A DNA stretch of 64,000 nucleotides, from contig QPMI01000152.1 of assembly GCA_004431415.1 (NCBI GenBank), positions 186,001 through 250,000 of the forward strand, in the 5' to 3' direction. This document shows, in pieces, positions 24,379 through 35,955 of this stretch; within the stretch, counting starts at the first letter, position 1; every line of letters starts with the position of its first letter. The stretch is from Cyanophora paradoxa CCMP329. Its lineage: Eukaryota > Plantae > Glaucophyta. The notes under the pieces are model-generated. The model was not told where the DNA came from. It searched no databases and was given only the letters and a program-made list of their open reading frames with translations. Position numbers and translations under genes: made by a program.

Positions 24379-25251
24379 CTACAGGAAGAAGTCATCAGCG
24401 GCAGCATCTGATTCAGGGCCTGATTCTTCACATGGGTTCTCCTCTGCCGTGCCTGCAACCAGTTGATCCTTTATCTGCTCTCGTATCTGTTGCCGCTTCT
24501 GCTCAAGTGCCTCCGCTTGCTCCTCCGTCATTTCGCCCTTGGGGAAAAGTGCGATGTACTTCACTCCCTTCGGGTAGTACTTCACGTAGTTCATGTCCTC
24601 CTGCAAAGATGCCAGCTTCTCCGATAGCCTCTCAGAACCCTCCTCGTCGTCCTCAATTTGTTGCAGCTTTTTCTCTGTCTGGGCTATCTTCCGCATGAGC
24701 TTCCGCTTCTCTGCAGAAAACACATCAATCTACGAGAGAAATTGATCTTGCAGCAGCTAGGGGCAGACGCACCAAAGAACCGGACCTGCGCAACGAAAAG
24801 ATAGGCAAGACAGGTTTGGTGAAGAAAAGATACATCGCGCCCCGCGAGTGCGTACCATGCGGTACTTCGACGCGATCGCCTTCTCCTTCTCTTTTCGCTG
24901 CTTGTCGTCGGCCGTCTGCTTGAGCTCATCCAGGCGCTGCTGGTGTTTCGCTCTCGTATCGTCATCGAGATTCGGCTGCAGATCGCTCATGTACGCGCGG
25001 GGAGCGCGTGTGCGGAATCGGGAACCTTGTTGATCAGCCGCTCGAGCGCGCGGATCTGATTCTTGACAGAGATGTTCTTCTTCTTCTGCTTGCCCTCGTT
25101 GCCGGGCCGGCTGCCGCCACCCCCTCGCGCTCCGCCGCCTCGCGCCCAGCCGCCTCGCGCCCCGCCACCGCGGCCGCGGCCGCGGGAGCCCCCGCGTCCT
25201 CGTCCGCGCTCCAGCTTGCCCTCACGTGCGTCCGCCGCTCTCCGCTTCTAT
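24379..25251 (-). CDS. EFG1: rRNA-processing protein Efg1 (start codon unresolved)
   Basis: RGG-rich N-terminus, KNQIRALERLI, EKAIASKYRMVRFFEKRKLMRKI, DMNYVKYYPKGVKYIALFP, C-terminal DDFFL. Confidence 0.88.
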
Positions 25252-26108
25252 AAGCGCGCTCAACGGGCCCGAAGGTCCTGCTCCTGCGAAACTTGATCGA
25301 AACACGCCAGTCGCGCTGGGCCGATGCGCCGGTGCTACGCCGATGCTACTAGGCTAATTCTTTCCGAAACCACTCCAGAAACTCCGCTGAGCGCCAGACT
25401 CTGAGAGGCTGAGGAAACCGGCCGCGGCCTGCCGGATCAGCGCCACAGCTAAATGAAAGGGATACGGCTGGATCCGAGCCCGGGGAGAGAGGTGGGGGGA
25501 GCTCCTTGAGGCTATAGCTAGCTAGCGCTATGGATCCATGTATCGATATCGATTTGCATTAAATATTAGCACACAACAACAACTACCAGGAGTTTCACAT
25601 CGCCCAAATAAACCTCTCCGACTCGGCGACTGGGTTCTATCCGATGATCCAAGGACTGTCGAGTGCTGTGCTCTATAATCATTTTTTTTGAATTCTATTC
25701 TACGTTCTACTGGACCTATATCTACGGGATGAGGAGGATAAGCTGGGCAAGAGGGATAGAAGAAGAAGGTAGTGGAAGGAAGGGGAACTTGGTGCCTCCG
25801 CTCCCGATAGGAGCGGTTGTTCAGAGAGGATCACGCCTCCACCATGGCTGGGCACTCCGGTTCCACTTCGGATAGGGGATCCGGCCCGGAGCTCGAGGGA
25901 ATTCGAAGGGAAGGGAGGGGCCCGGGGAGGCCCGGAGGGCGGCCGCGGGCAGGGCGTGGGGGCCATGGCCAAACTTGAAACTCAGGCAGTCCAGGACTGT
26001 TCATTGTTGACGGGAAGTTCTTTCCATTTGACAAGCGCTACTACTAGTGTGGCAAGCCTTGAAGCCTTCATCATGAAGCTCTTGCAGTTGGCCAGCTGCA
26101 GCTCATGA

Positions 26109-29100
26109 TCAGCGGCTGCAGAGCTCTGCAGAGCTCGAGCTCACAATTGCAATCCGCCCGCTGGCCATGGCCAGGTACCGGTGGAGCTCGAGTTCGAGCT
26201 CAGGCCTAGCTAGGCACTCGCTCCTCGGTGGGGTCGACGTCATCTGAACTCCCGAACAGGTGTGCAGGCCTCCTGTGAATGCAGCGAAGCCGGTGTGCCC
26301 ATGAGAACTTGGAAGGGAGGCTGGTAGAGTTCGAGGCACTTCCAGCCACGTACCTTCCATACTTGCTGCAGGAGCTGGCGCACAGCGGGTGTCCACCGGC
26401 TGTGTGGCTCGCCACGCTCTCCCCCGCACGCGGCGACCCTCTGGATGCCATGCTGTAGGTCCGTCGAAAGCTGCCGGCGCCCCAGCGAAAGTGTGAGCAG
26501 ATTTCAAGGAGAAGATATTATTCCCGCCACCAAGGACGGAACGTACATCTCGGACCAAGTTCCTCAGCTCGTCCAGCGTTGGCGCTCCCATGCCCGGCGA
26601 CTGCTGCATGCATGCAATCCTGTGCGTGCGAGTCGGCTCGGGCCCCGCTCGCGACACGGGCGCGGACGCGGGCGGGCGGGGGGGGGGGGGGGGGGGGGGG
26701 GGCGGGGGGTTGCATGCCACAGCACGGTCCCCCCGGACTCCGTCTCCCCGCGGACGAAGGGGAGGACGAACGTGCCGGCCGTGCGGGGGCCCAGGTCCTC
26801 CGTCAGCCGCTTCTGCGGGCAGGGCGGGCTCGAGGGGCGCTGCGGGCGGGGGCGCCGCAGGCGGGGGCCCGCACGGCGTCGCTGAAGACGAGCACGCGGA
26901 GCCTGAAGGCGGCGCTGAGGGCGTGCAGCTCGAAGTGGGGTCCAAGCCTGCCAGAGGGCGTCGCGGCGGGCCGGGCGGAGCTGCCGGGGCGGGTCGGGCG
27001 GGGCGCACTCGATGCCGAAGGCGCGCCGGAAGGAGAGCTCGAGGCGCAGGTACCCCAGCGCGTCCTGCGGGGCCCCGCTCGGCGGGCGAGGGGCGAGACG
27101 GGCGGCGGCGGACCTCTGTGGCAACCGCCTTGCTGATCTGCATCAGGCGCGCGTGCTCGCCTGCGACCCCGGTCAGGCGGGCCGGGACGGGACGGGCCGG
27201 CCGAGGAGGCGCGCACCGCGCTCGACGAAGGAGCAGAGGGTGCGGAGGAGGAGGACGGCGCGCAGGAGGCGCCGGTGCGCGTCGGCGTCCTCTAGCAGCT
27301 CCAGGTGCTCCCCCTCGGGCCGCACGCCCGCGAACAGGTCCACGAAGGGGCCCTCCCGCTGCCCGCCCGCTCGGCCGGCCCGGCGGCGCTGGCGCGGCAT
27401 GCGCGGCCCGGCGGGCGGAGGCGCACCCGCGGCTCCTCGATGAATTCGGCGATGCGGTTGGGGGCGCCCACCTGCGCAGCCCGCGCGTCACTCGCGGGGA
27501 GGGCGGGGGCCGACAGCCGGCGGGGCGCGCCCTCTCGAGCTCGGCGTTGACGTCCTCCACGGAGGTGGTCACGCGCACGAGGCGCGGCTCCTGCCCGCCC
27601 GGCACCGCCGCCTGCCGCCGCCTCAGAGCAGCCGCCCGCCCGGGGGCGCGCAGCGCGCACGGGAGAGGTCGAGCGGGGCCGGCGGGGCGGCGGCGGCGCC
27701 AGCTCGTGCCGCGGGCGGGGCGCCGCGCTAGCGGGCTCCACGGGGGCGAAGGCCGCCGTCGGGCGGCCCGCCGCCTCGCCGAACTGGAACCGCTCGCGCG
27801 GCCGCTGGGTCCGCCCCAGCGGGGGCGCCTCTTGCGGGAGTGGTGGAGAGGGCGCAGCAACGCGGGACTCCTGGGCCGGGGCCGCCGGTGCGCCCGAGAC
27901 CAGAGCGAGCCTCCGGGTGGGAGCGGCGGGGAAGCTGGCCCCGGCAATCACCGCGCCGCGCTCCTGCAGAACGAATCAATCCGGAGGCGGAGGGGGGTGG
28001 GAAGGGGGGGATGGGGGCCACCTGTGCGGACTTCCAGTGGGAGACGTCGCTGAGCCACGCCTGCATGAACGAGACTGTCGACTCGGCGGCGGGGCGCGCG
28101 CCGGCCTCCTCGCCCTCCTTGCCGCGCTCCCGGCGCGAGGGCGAGAAGGGGCGGAACGGCTTCGGGGCGCTCGCGCTGCCCGCCAGCGTCGTTCGGTTCC
28201 ACCGTGACGCCGCCTCCGCACCCTCGCCTCCCTTCGGGGCCGTCCTGGCCGGGAAGAGGGCCGGCTGCTCCGGGGCGGGGACGGGGGCGGGGAGGGGCTT
28301 CGGGGCGGAGGCGGCGGCCTTGGAGAGCTTGGCCTCGGCGCGGGCCTGGAGGGCGAAGGGCATCTTCAGGGAGGGGGCCGCCGGCTGCCGCGCGAGCGCG
28401 GGGAGGTGCGGCGAGCTGTGCCGCCGCTCCACGGGCTTCGCGGAGGCGCGAGGCGGGCCGCCGGCGGCGGCGGCCTTCGCCGGGGGAGCCCCAGGCGCAG
28501 GGCCCGTGGCGAAAGCGGCGGTGCTCCGGTCCCCATCGGAGCGGCCCCCGGCGGCAGCGGCGGCCCTCGCCTCTTCCGCGGGACGGCTGCTCTCGCCGGC
28601 GGGGGCGGCAGCGTGGCGGGGCAGCTCAGGCCGGCCGCACTGCCAAGAAAGAGCGCGTTAGGGGGCGCGACCCAGCCGCGGGCCGCCTCGCGCACGTCCG
28701 TCGGGCCCCGCGGCCTCCCGGCGGAGCCGGCGGCCTCGGCGGCGCCCGGAGAGGCGGCGCTGCTCGAGCCGGGGGCGTCGCAGGGGCGGGAGAGAGCTCG
28801 TCGACCGCGAAGGCGGGCTGGGGCGGCACGGCAGCCGGCGCCGATGCCTCGGCGTCGGCGGGCGGCGGAGGCGGAGCGGCAGAGTCCCCGGCGGGTGCGG
28901 GGAGGGAGGGAGCCGGCTCGTCAGAGGGACGGAGGCTGCCGGAGGAGGAGGTGGAGGGGTCGGAGGCGGGGAGGAGGGAGAGGGGGGCGGGGGGCTCGAG
29001 GGGCGGGAGGGGGACAGAGGCGGGGCGGGCGGCGGCGGGGAGGGCCGCCTCGGGGACGAGGGCGGCAGCCGCCGCTGGACCCGAGGGAGCAGCGCTGGCA

Positions 29101-32100
29101 GCAGCCTCCACGTCGGGGGCCAGAGGGGGCGCCGCCTCCCCGACGGAGGCCTCCGGGGCGGGGCCGGGGCCGGGGGTGGGGCGGGGCGGCGAGGCCTCAA
29201 AGGTTGCGAGCTCGTCATCGTGCAGCTCGTGAAAGTGGTAGCGCGGGCCTGCGCCCGCCCGCCCCGGCCTCAGAAGAGAGGGCGGCGGCGGGAGGGCGGC
29301 GGAGCGGGGGGGAGGCGCGCCGGAGAGCTCCATGTTCTGCGTGAGGAAGGGCACGTCGTCCACGTCGCCCAGCCCGCCGTGGTCCACGGGGCCCAGGCCC
29401 GGCGACTGCCGCCGGTCACGCCGGGGGGCGGGCGGGGCGGGCGGGGAGGGCGGACCATGGTGGGCAGCGAGAACTCCGGCGTGTGCGACGGTCCCGCCCC
29501 GAACCCGTTGTCCGAGTGCTGCGTCGCTGCCGGCTTGGACGGCGTCGCTTCCGCCTCGTCAGCGTGCGGCTCCTCGCCCGCTCCCGGCTCCGCCTCCGCC
29601 TCCGCCTCCACTGCCCTCGCCCCCGCCTCTTCGCCCGCCAAGTCCTTCGCCTCCTGCCGCGGGGTCTCCTCGAATTCGTGCTCCTCGGCGCGCCTCTCGG
29701 GCATCGGAGTGGCCCCTCCCGCGGTGGCGGCTGCCGACGAAGCGGCCGAGGCCGGGGGCGAAGAGGGACTGCGGAAGAGCGTGATGGGCAAAACTGGGAG
29801 GCAGGTCGAGCGGGAGCGGGGCCGCACCGGAGGCTGCTTGGCGGGGCGGGCGTCGCGTGCCCGCAGGACTCGTCGTCTCGCACGAGGTCGCTGAGGGATT
29901 GGCGCCGGCCGGGCGTCGCGGCGCCCAGCGTGGCGACGGCCGACGAGGATGTGGAGGCGGCGGGCGAGGCCGGCCTGCAGATCCGTCAGCGGCGCGGGGC
30001 TGGAAATCCGAGAGACGGCGGAAGGCGGCGCACTGGACTGGGGAACTCCCCGCGGACGAGACGATCACCATGGGTCTGCACGGAGGCTTACATGCGGCGG
30101 CGCCGGCGCCGCTTGAACAGACGCACTGGGGAGACTGCGCGGCGGTCCGGGCGGCCGGCGGGTGGGCGGCCGGCGAGCGGGCGGTGGGCGAGCGGGCGGT
30201 GGGCGAGCGGGCAGCGGGCGAGCGCGCCGGAGCGCCGAGTGAGCGGGCGACGCCACGGTCCGGGGTTTGAGCCGCCGTCGGCCTCAGGGGCGTGGCGGGC
30301 GGGGAAGGCCCCGCGGCGGCCCCCGGCGCTGGAGCCGGCGAAGGGCGGCGGGCTCCCGGGGACTTGGCGACCGGGGACAGCGCGGCGGCGGGGCGGGCGC
30401 CCTCGTCGGCGTCGCCGGCGTCGCTGGCGGCGTAGTCCTCGCCCAGGCTGCGGATCATCTCCGACGTCTCCTCGTCCGCGTACGGCCCTGCCGCGCGCCT
30501 CAGCGCCCGCTGCAGACCGGCGGAGCGGGGCCTCGGGCTCGGGGGGCGCTCACCGCGAGCGACGCATGGGGAGGCGAGCCCGCCCTCCTCGTCGCTGGCG
30601 CCCGCTTCATCCTCCTCCTCCTCCTCGACCGCCCTCTCCGCCCCCCGCACGACAGCGGCGGCGGTAGCAGCGACGGCGGCGGCGGCGACGGCGGCGGCGG
30701 CGGCGCCCGTGCTGCTCGCCACGGAGACCACCACCACGGAGGCCGCCGCTAAGCAGGCGGCGCCCGCGGCTGACGCAGCGGCCGGCACCGCCGGCGCGAG
30801 GTTCGGTGCCGTGACTTTCGCTGGCTCGTGCTGAATGCCCGGAGCAGCGCCGACGCCTGCGGGCGGTCAGGAAGGCATACGGGGATCTCGAGGCTGCTGT
30901 GCGCACTGGGCTCAGACTCTGGGACCGCTCCCTGCGACTCCGAGGAGCCAGAAGAGGCCGCCAGCGGCACAAGCTGCACGGCCGCCGGTTGGACCGCTGA
31001 GAGCGGACGAGGGGCGCGGAGAAGCTCGCACCTTGGGCGACTCGCTGTCTGCGCCGCCGGCCCGTGCAGACGCATCCGCGCTGGCGCCCTGCGGCCGGCA
31101 CGCTTACATGCGTGTGGAATTCGAGCGAGGACGAAAAGGGGGCGAACCGAGACAGCGACGGCCACCGGAATGGGGGACGGCGGCCGGGGGGCCGAGGGCG
31201 CGGGCGCGGGCGAGGCAGGACGCCCGTCCGCTCGGCTGGCGGCCCGCGTCTGCCTCCGGTCGGCGTGCGGCGGCTGGGCGGAGGACCGCGACGGGCCAGG
31301 GGCAGGGGCTCCCTCTTCGGTGCGCTTGCTCGGGGGTACCGTTTGCGGGCGGGCCGAGGGGCCGGGGGCAGGCGGGGCTGACGAAGCAGGCGCGGCAGGG
31401 GCGGCGGGGGCCGTGGGCTTCCGGCGGTCGCGGGGGAAGATGAGGAGGGTCCGTCTTTCGGGCTCGTCGGACCCCTGGAAGCCCGCATTGATGGAAGTGG
31501 CGAATGGCCGGCGATACGAGAACTGCTGCGGGGGCTCGCGCGGGCCCCGCGGCCGGCTCTGCTCCGCCGGCGCCCCGCCCTGCTCCTGCTGCTCCTGCTG
31601 TGCCGCGTGAGGCACGGGCGCGGGGGCGTCCCTGGCATCGGCATGGACTGCAGCTTCGCGGGCCGCTGGCGGCTGCTCCTTGCGCGGCTTCTGGCGCTGG
31701 CTGCTGCTGGGGCCTGCCTCAGGCGGCAGGTCCGCCTCAGCGGCCGCGGGCCCCTCCTGCCCGCCAGCATCAGCAGACCGCTTGCGAGCCTTGGCGGCCG
31801 ATGTCGCCGCTGCTGCGGTGCGCTTCGAGGCTGCGCGCGGCTCTACCCTCTCTGCAGCCGGCTCTTGCTGTTGCGCGCCGCGGCCCGCTCTTCCCGGGCG
31901 GCGAGCGGGCTGGGCCGCTGCTGCCGGGGCGCGAGACGGAGTGCTGCTGGGGCCTGCAGGCGCTGAACCGCCCGCGGGCGCGACGCCGTCGTCATCCTCG
32001 TCGAGGTCGGGCACAGCCGCCGCCGCGGCCCTTGTGGCGCTCCTCGACGACGCACCCGCAGGGGCGGCGGGCGGCTCTTTCGGAAGCGTTGCTTCGTCAT

Positions 32101-32786
32101 CATCACTCTGCCCCCCGCTGCGCGCCTGCGGCTTGGATCGGAGGTGTCGTTTCCCCGCTCTGGCGTCCGGTTCTGCGTGCGGTGACGCGCACCGGCATGA
32201 TCAGATAGCCGTAAAATAGACTAAAACGAACACGCGGGCACCGCTCTCCGTCTCCTCCCCGTGAAAAACGCGATTGATGCTGTTGATGATTGATTCCGCC
32301 TCCTCCGAGTCGGCGGGCAGCCGTCGCTCCTGCGCCAAGCCGTTCAAGCGAGCGCGCATACGTCTATGGCACCGCTCCAAGCACAGCACGGCATCGAAAG
32401 GCGCGACGCAGGCGGGAAGCGGTGCGGGGGCACGCACGAATTTGAACTGGAAGCGCTGCGGAGGGCGCTTCTTGCCCTTTTGTGGAGTAGAGCCTTCCGA
32501 GACGGCGTATTCAATGACGCAGCCGGCGAATCCGATCTGCGAGGGTCGGAGCGCGGTTGGGAGCGCGTTCGTCGTGCGACTCGCTTCTGCAGCGCGCACC
32601 GCATTCCGCGTGCTCTCTTCGATGACATACTCCTGTAGAGCCCCCGTGCGTGAGAGGAGCCGCACGACCGTCTGCGGCGCGGGCCGTCAAGCGGCGCCTG
32701 GCGCCGCAAGCGCGCTGCGCGCTCACGCTTGTGAGCTCCGCGACGAGCGCCCGCTGCCGCGTCGGCTCGTTCGGCTTCCGCGCCAT
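26109..32786 (-). CDS. Large multi-exon low-complexity hypothetical protein (possibly more than one gene)
   Basis: MARKPNEPTRQRALVAELTS|TVVRLLSRTG...RFQFKF globular start, long Pro/Ala/Glu-rich exons, C-terminal globular exons (GPHFELHALSAAFRLRVLVFSD). Boundaries uncertain. Confidence 0.5.
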
Positions 32787-32862
32787 TTGTTTTTCTTCTG
32801 GACGGGTACGGCACATCGGTTGCATCAGCAGTGGGGAAGCTGCGCGCTGGATTGATGCGGCC

Positions 32863-35720
32863 ATGTCTCCCTCGCGGGGCCACGTCCCTTTACTCTGTGT
32901 GCTGTGTCGTGCCAACTTCCAGGACCGGGTCACTCACTTGTCGAGGTTCGTGCTGCTTGTGAAGTGACGTATCTCGCTGACCGCGCGCCGCGCGCCGCAA
33001 CGCTGATTTGGCCGCAACGGTGTAGATGCGTAAATTGCGGGAGCCACATAGTGATCTTCGGTAAGTACGTGGCTACCGAGAATCTGTTCTCAAGGGCGGT
33101 GCGCGCCGCCCCTGCGCTTGCTGCCTTGCGCAAACGATCTGAAAGCATCACCGCGCGCTCCTGACAGCGGGAAAACCGGGCGTTCCACTTCTCGTGCCGG
33201 GAGCTGGAGGAGCCTCCGGCCTTGACGCCTGGCACTCAACTGACGATGCGCTTCATCAACGTCCACAGCGACACGACAGCGGAGGACTGGTGCAAAGCTT
33301 TGCAAAGGATAAACGAGGCGGCAGCGGCTGGAGAGGCGGGGAGGCACCTGCACCCCATTCGCCAGATCGGGGTCCTTTCGAGCCCCTCCGGGAGCGTGCG
33401 GGGCGTCTGCTGCGTCCAGGAGCACTTCGACGGGCCTTCGCTGCGGATGCTGGGGGAGGCTGCGCAGGCGCGGGGGCGATGCAGCCTCCCCGCGATCCTC
33501 ATCCGCTGCATGCTAGCGGGGGCCCTCGCGTCCCTCAGCGCGTGGCACGATCTCTCCATATCGCACGGCTTCATCTCCAGGCACTGCTCCGTGCTGCGCA
33601 TGCCCGGCGCCTGCTTCACGCTGCACGCGGCGCGGCGCATCAACCTGTGGGACTCGGCCAGGGCGAGCGTCAGAAAGCAGCGCGACACGATCCTCCACAG
33701 CGATCTGCACGACGCAGGAAAGCTTGCGGTGCGCAGGCGCGCGCTTCGCCCCGCCGGGGCGCCGCGCGACGCCCCCCCGCGCCGCAGATCTTCTCGGCGT
33801 GCTTCGCGCTGACGGCGACGACGAAGTACAACGCGCGGGAGAAGACGCGGGCGCTCTTCGGGCCGGGCCCCGCCTCGCCGTTCGGGCCCCGGGGGGACCC
33901 CGTCCTCCTCGAGACCGTCCTCCGCCTCCTCCCCGCCCCCAGCGCCCCCTTCGTCCCCGCCCCCGCCGCCACCGCCGCCGCCGCCGAGGCGCCCCAGGGC
34001 GAAGGCGAGCCGCGCGACGCCGAGGGCCCCGCGGGGGAGGCGGGCGCGCCGGCCGGGGCCGGGGCGGGGACGCGGCCCCCTTCACGTCAGCGCGGGAGGC
34101 GCTGGAGTTCCTCCTGCGGGCGGCGCAGGAGGAGGGGGCGCCCCTGCCCTCGCCCCCGGGCACCCTCCCGCCGCTGCCGCCCCCGGAGGCCCTCCACGAG
34201 GAGTCGCCCGCCTCGTACGCCAGCTTCCAGGCGGCGCCCCGGCCCGCCCCGGGGCCCCTCTCCGACGCCGAGCGCCGCGCCGCCGACGAGGCCGCCGCCG
34301 CCGCCGCGATCGTCGCCGCCGCCCTCGCCGAGCCGGCCGAGCCGCTGCCGGGCTCCTCCGCCTCCTTCGCCACCACCGCGCCGCCCCTGGGCCGGCCTAC
34401 CCCCGCTCCTCGCCGATGACGCCGCCGCTGCCGCCGCTCACGCCGGCCCGCTCCGTCTCGGCGACGCGCTCCCTCTCCTCCTCCTCCGTCTCCTGCATCT
34501 CCTCGGCCTCCTTCTCCTCGGCCTCCGCCCTCGCCGCCGCCCCGCACGTCGCCTCCGTCCGCCAGTGCGCCCCGCCCCGCCCCGCCCGCCGCTCCGCTCC
34601 GCGCCGCGCCGCCCCCGCCGACGCGCGCGCCGCAGGGTCTGCTGCCTCTACTGCGACACGCCGCGGCCGCTGGAGCCCGGGGAGCAGCCCGAGCTGCTCG
34701 AGTGCGGCAACTGCGGGGCCGCCCCCGGGGAGGCCTGCCCCTTCGCCCTGCCCCCGCCCCGCTTCCGCTTCGTGGCCACGGAGCGGCTCTCGCACGGGGC
34801 CTTCGGGGTGACCTACCGGGGGGTGGACCTGCTCTTCGGGAACGCGGTCGTCCTCAAGAAGTTCCACCCGAACGCGCGCTTCGCCCCCGAGGAGGTCCGC
34901 TACGCGCGCCTCAAGTTCCAGGACGAGGGCCAGGTCCTCTCCCGCCTCAAGCACCCCGGCATCCCCCTCGTCCTCGACCTCGCCGCCATCCCCCCGCACC
35001 CGCCCCCGGCCCCCGACGGGCCCGAGGCGCCCCCGCTCCCCGTCCTCGTCATGGAGCACATCGACGGGGAGGACCTGGGGGCCCTCGTGCGGCGCCAGCC
35101 GGCGCTCTTCACGGGGCAGGAGTCCCTCCGCCTCCTCGCCGACGCCTTCTCCGCCCTCCAGCACATGCACGAGCGCGCGCCGCCGATCATCCACCGGGAC
35201 GTGCAGCCGGGGAACATCGTGCGGCGGCGGCGGCCGCAGGGGGACGGCGCGACGTACGCCCTCGTCGACTTCGGGCTCTCCAAGGTGGTGGACAGCTTCA
35301 GCCAGCACAGCTACATCAAGCTGGGGACGGACTTCGCGCCGCCGGAGATCCTGCTGCGGGGCCCCGTGGGCCCCCCCGCCGACGTCTACAGCCTCGCCGC
35401 CACCGTCGTCGCCCTCGCCCACGGCGACGCCCGGCCCTCCCCCGCCGAGGACGAGGACTGCCCCAGCATGGCCCGCCCCCGCCCCCGCCCCCGCCCGCCC
35501 GCCGCCCCCGCCCCTGCTGATCGCCCCCGGCCCCGCGCAGTTCCTGCGGCTGCTGGAGGAGGACCGGGAGCGGGGCCTGCTGCCACCCGACCTCTGCGAG
35601 ATCCTCGCCGCCTGCCTCGGGCCCCGCAACGCCCGCCCCACCGCCGCCGCCGCCCTCGAGCGCCTCCGGCCCCTCCTCCCCGCCCCGCCCCCCTTCGACC
35701 GCCCCCCGTCGCCCTCCTGA
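32863..35720 (+). CDS. Tandem [zinc ribbon + pseudokinase]-[zinc ribbon + Pkn2-type Ser/Thr kinase]
   Basis: CVLC...CVNCG + degenerate kinase (QEHFDGPSL, HDLSISHGFI); then CLYC...CGNCG + LSHGAFGVTYRG, VVLKK, FQDEGQVLSRLKHPGIP, LVMEHIDGEDL, IIHRDVQPGNIV, LVDFGLSK, APPE, ADVYSLAAT. Confidence 0.85.
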
Positions 35721-35955
35721 CACCACGCGCTCGGCGTCTGAGCCCCCCCTTTTTCTTGTAGAATTCGCGTCTTTCTTTCGTGTAGATCATGTAGAATTCT
35801 TGCAGTAAGCTGCTTCTTTCGTGCGAGGTCGTCATCAGATCGTAGCATAGGTAGTCTAGCCCGCGCAGTTGTAACCGCCCCTCGTTCTTTTTGTCCGTCC
35901 GTGCGAATTAGTTTCAATAGATTAAGTATACCTGGCGAGACACCGCGGGCGCGCG

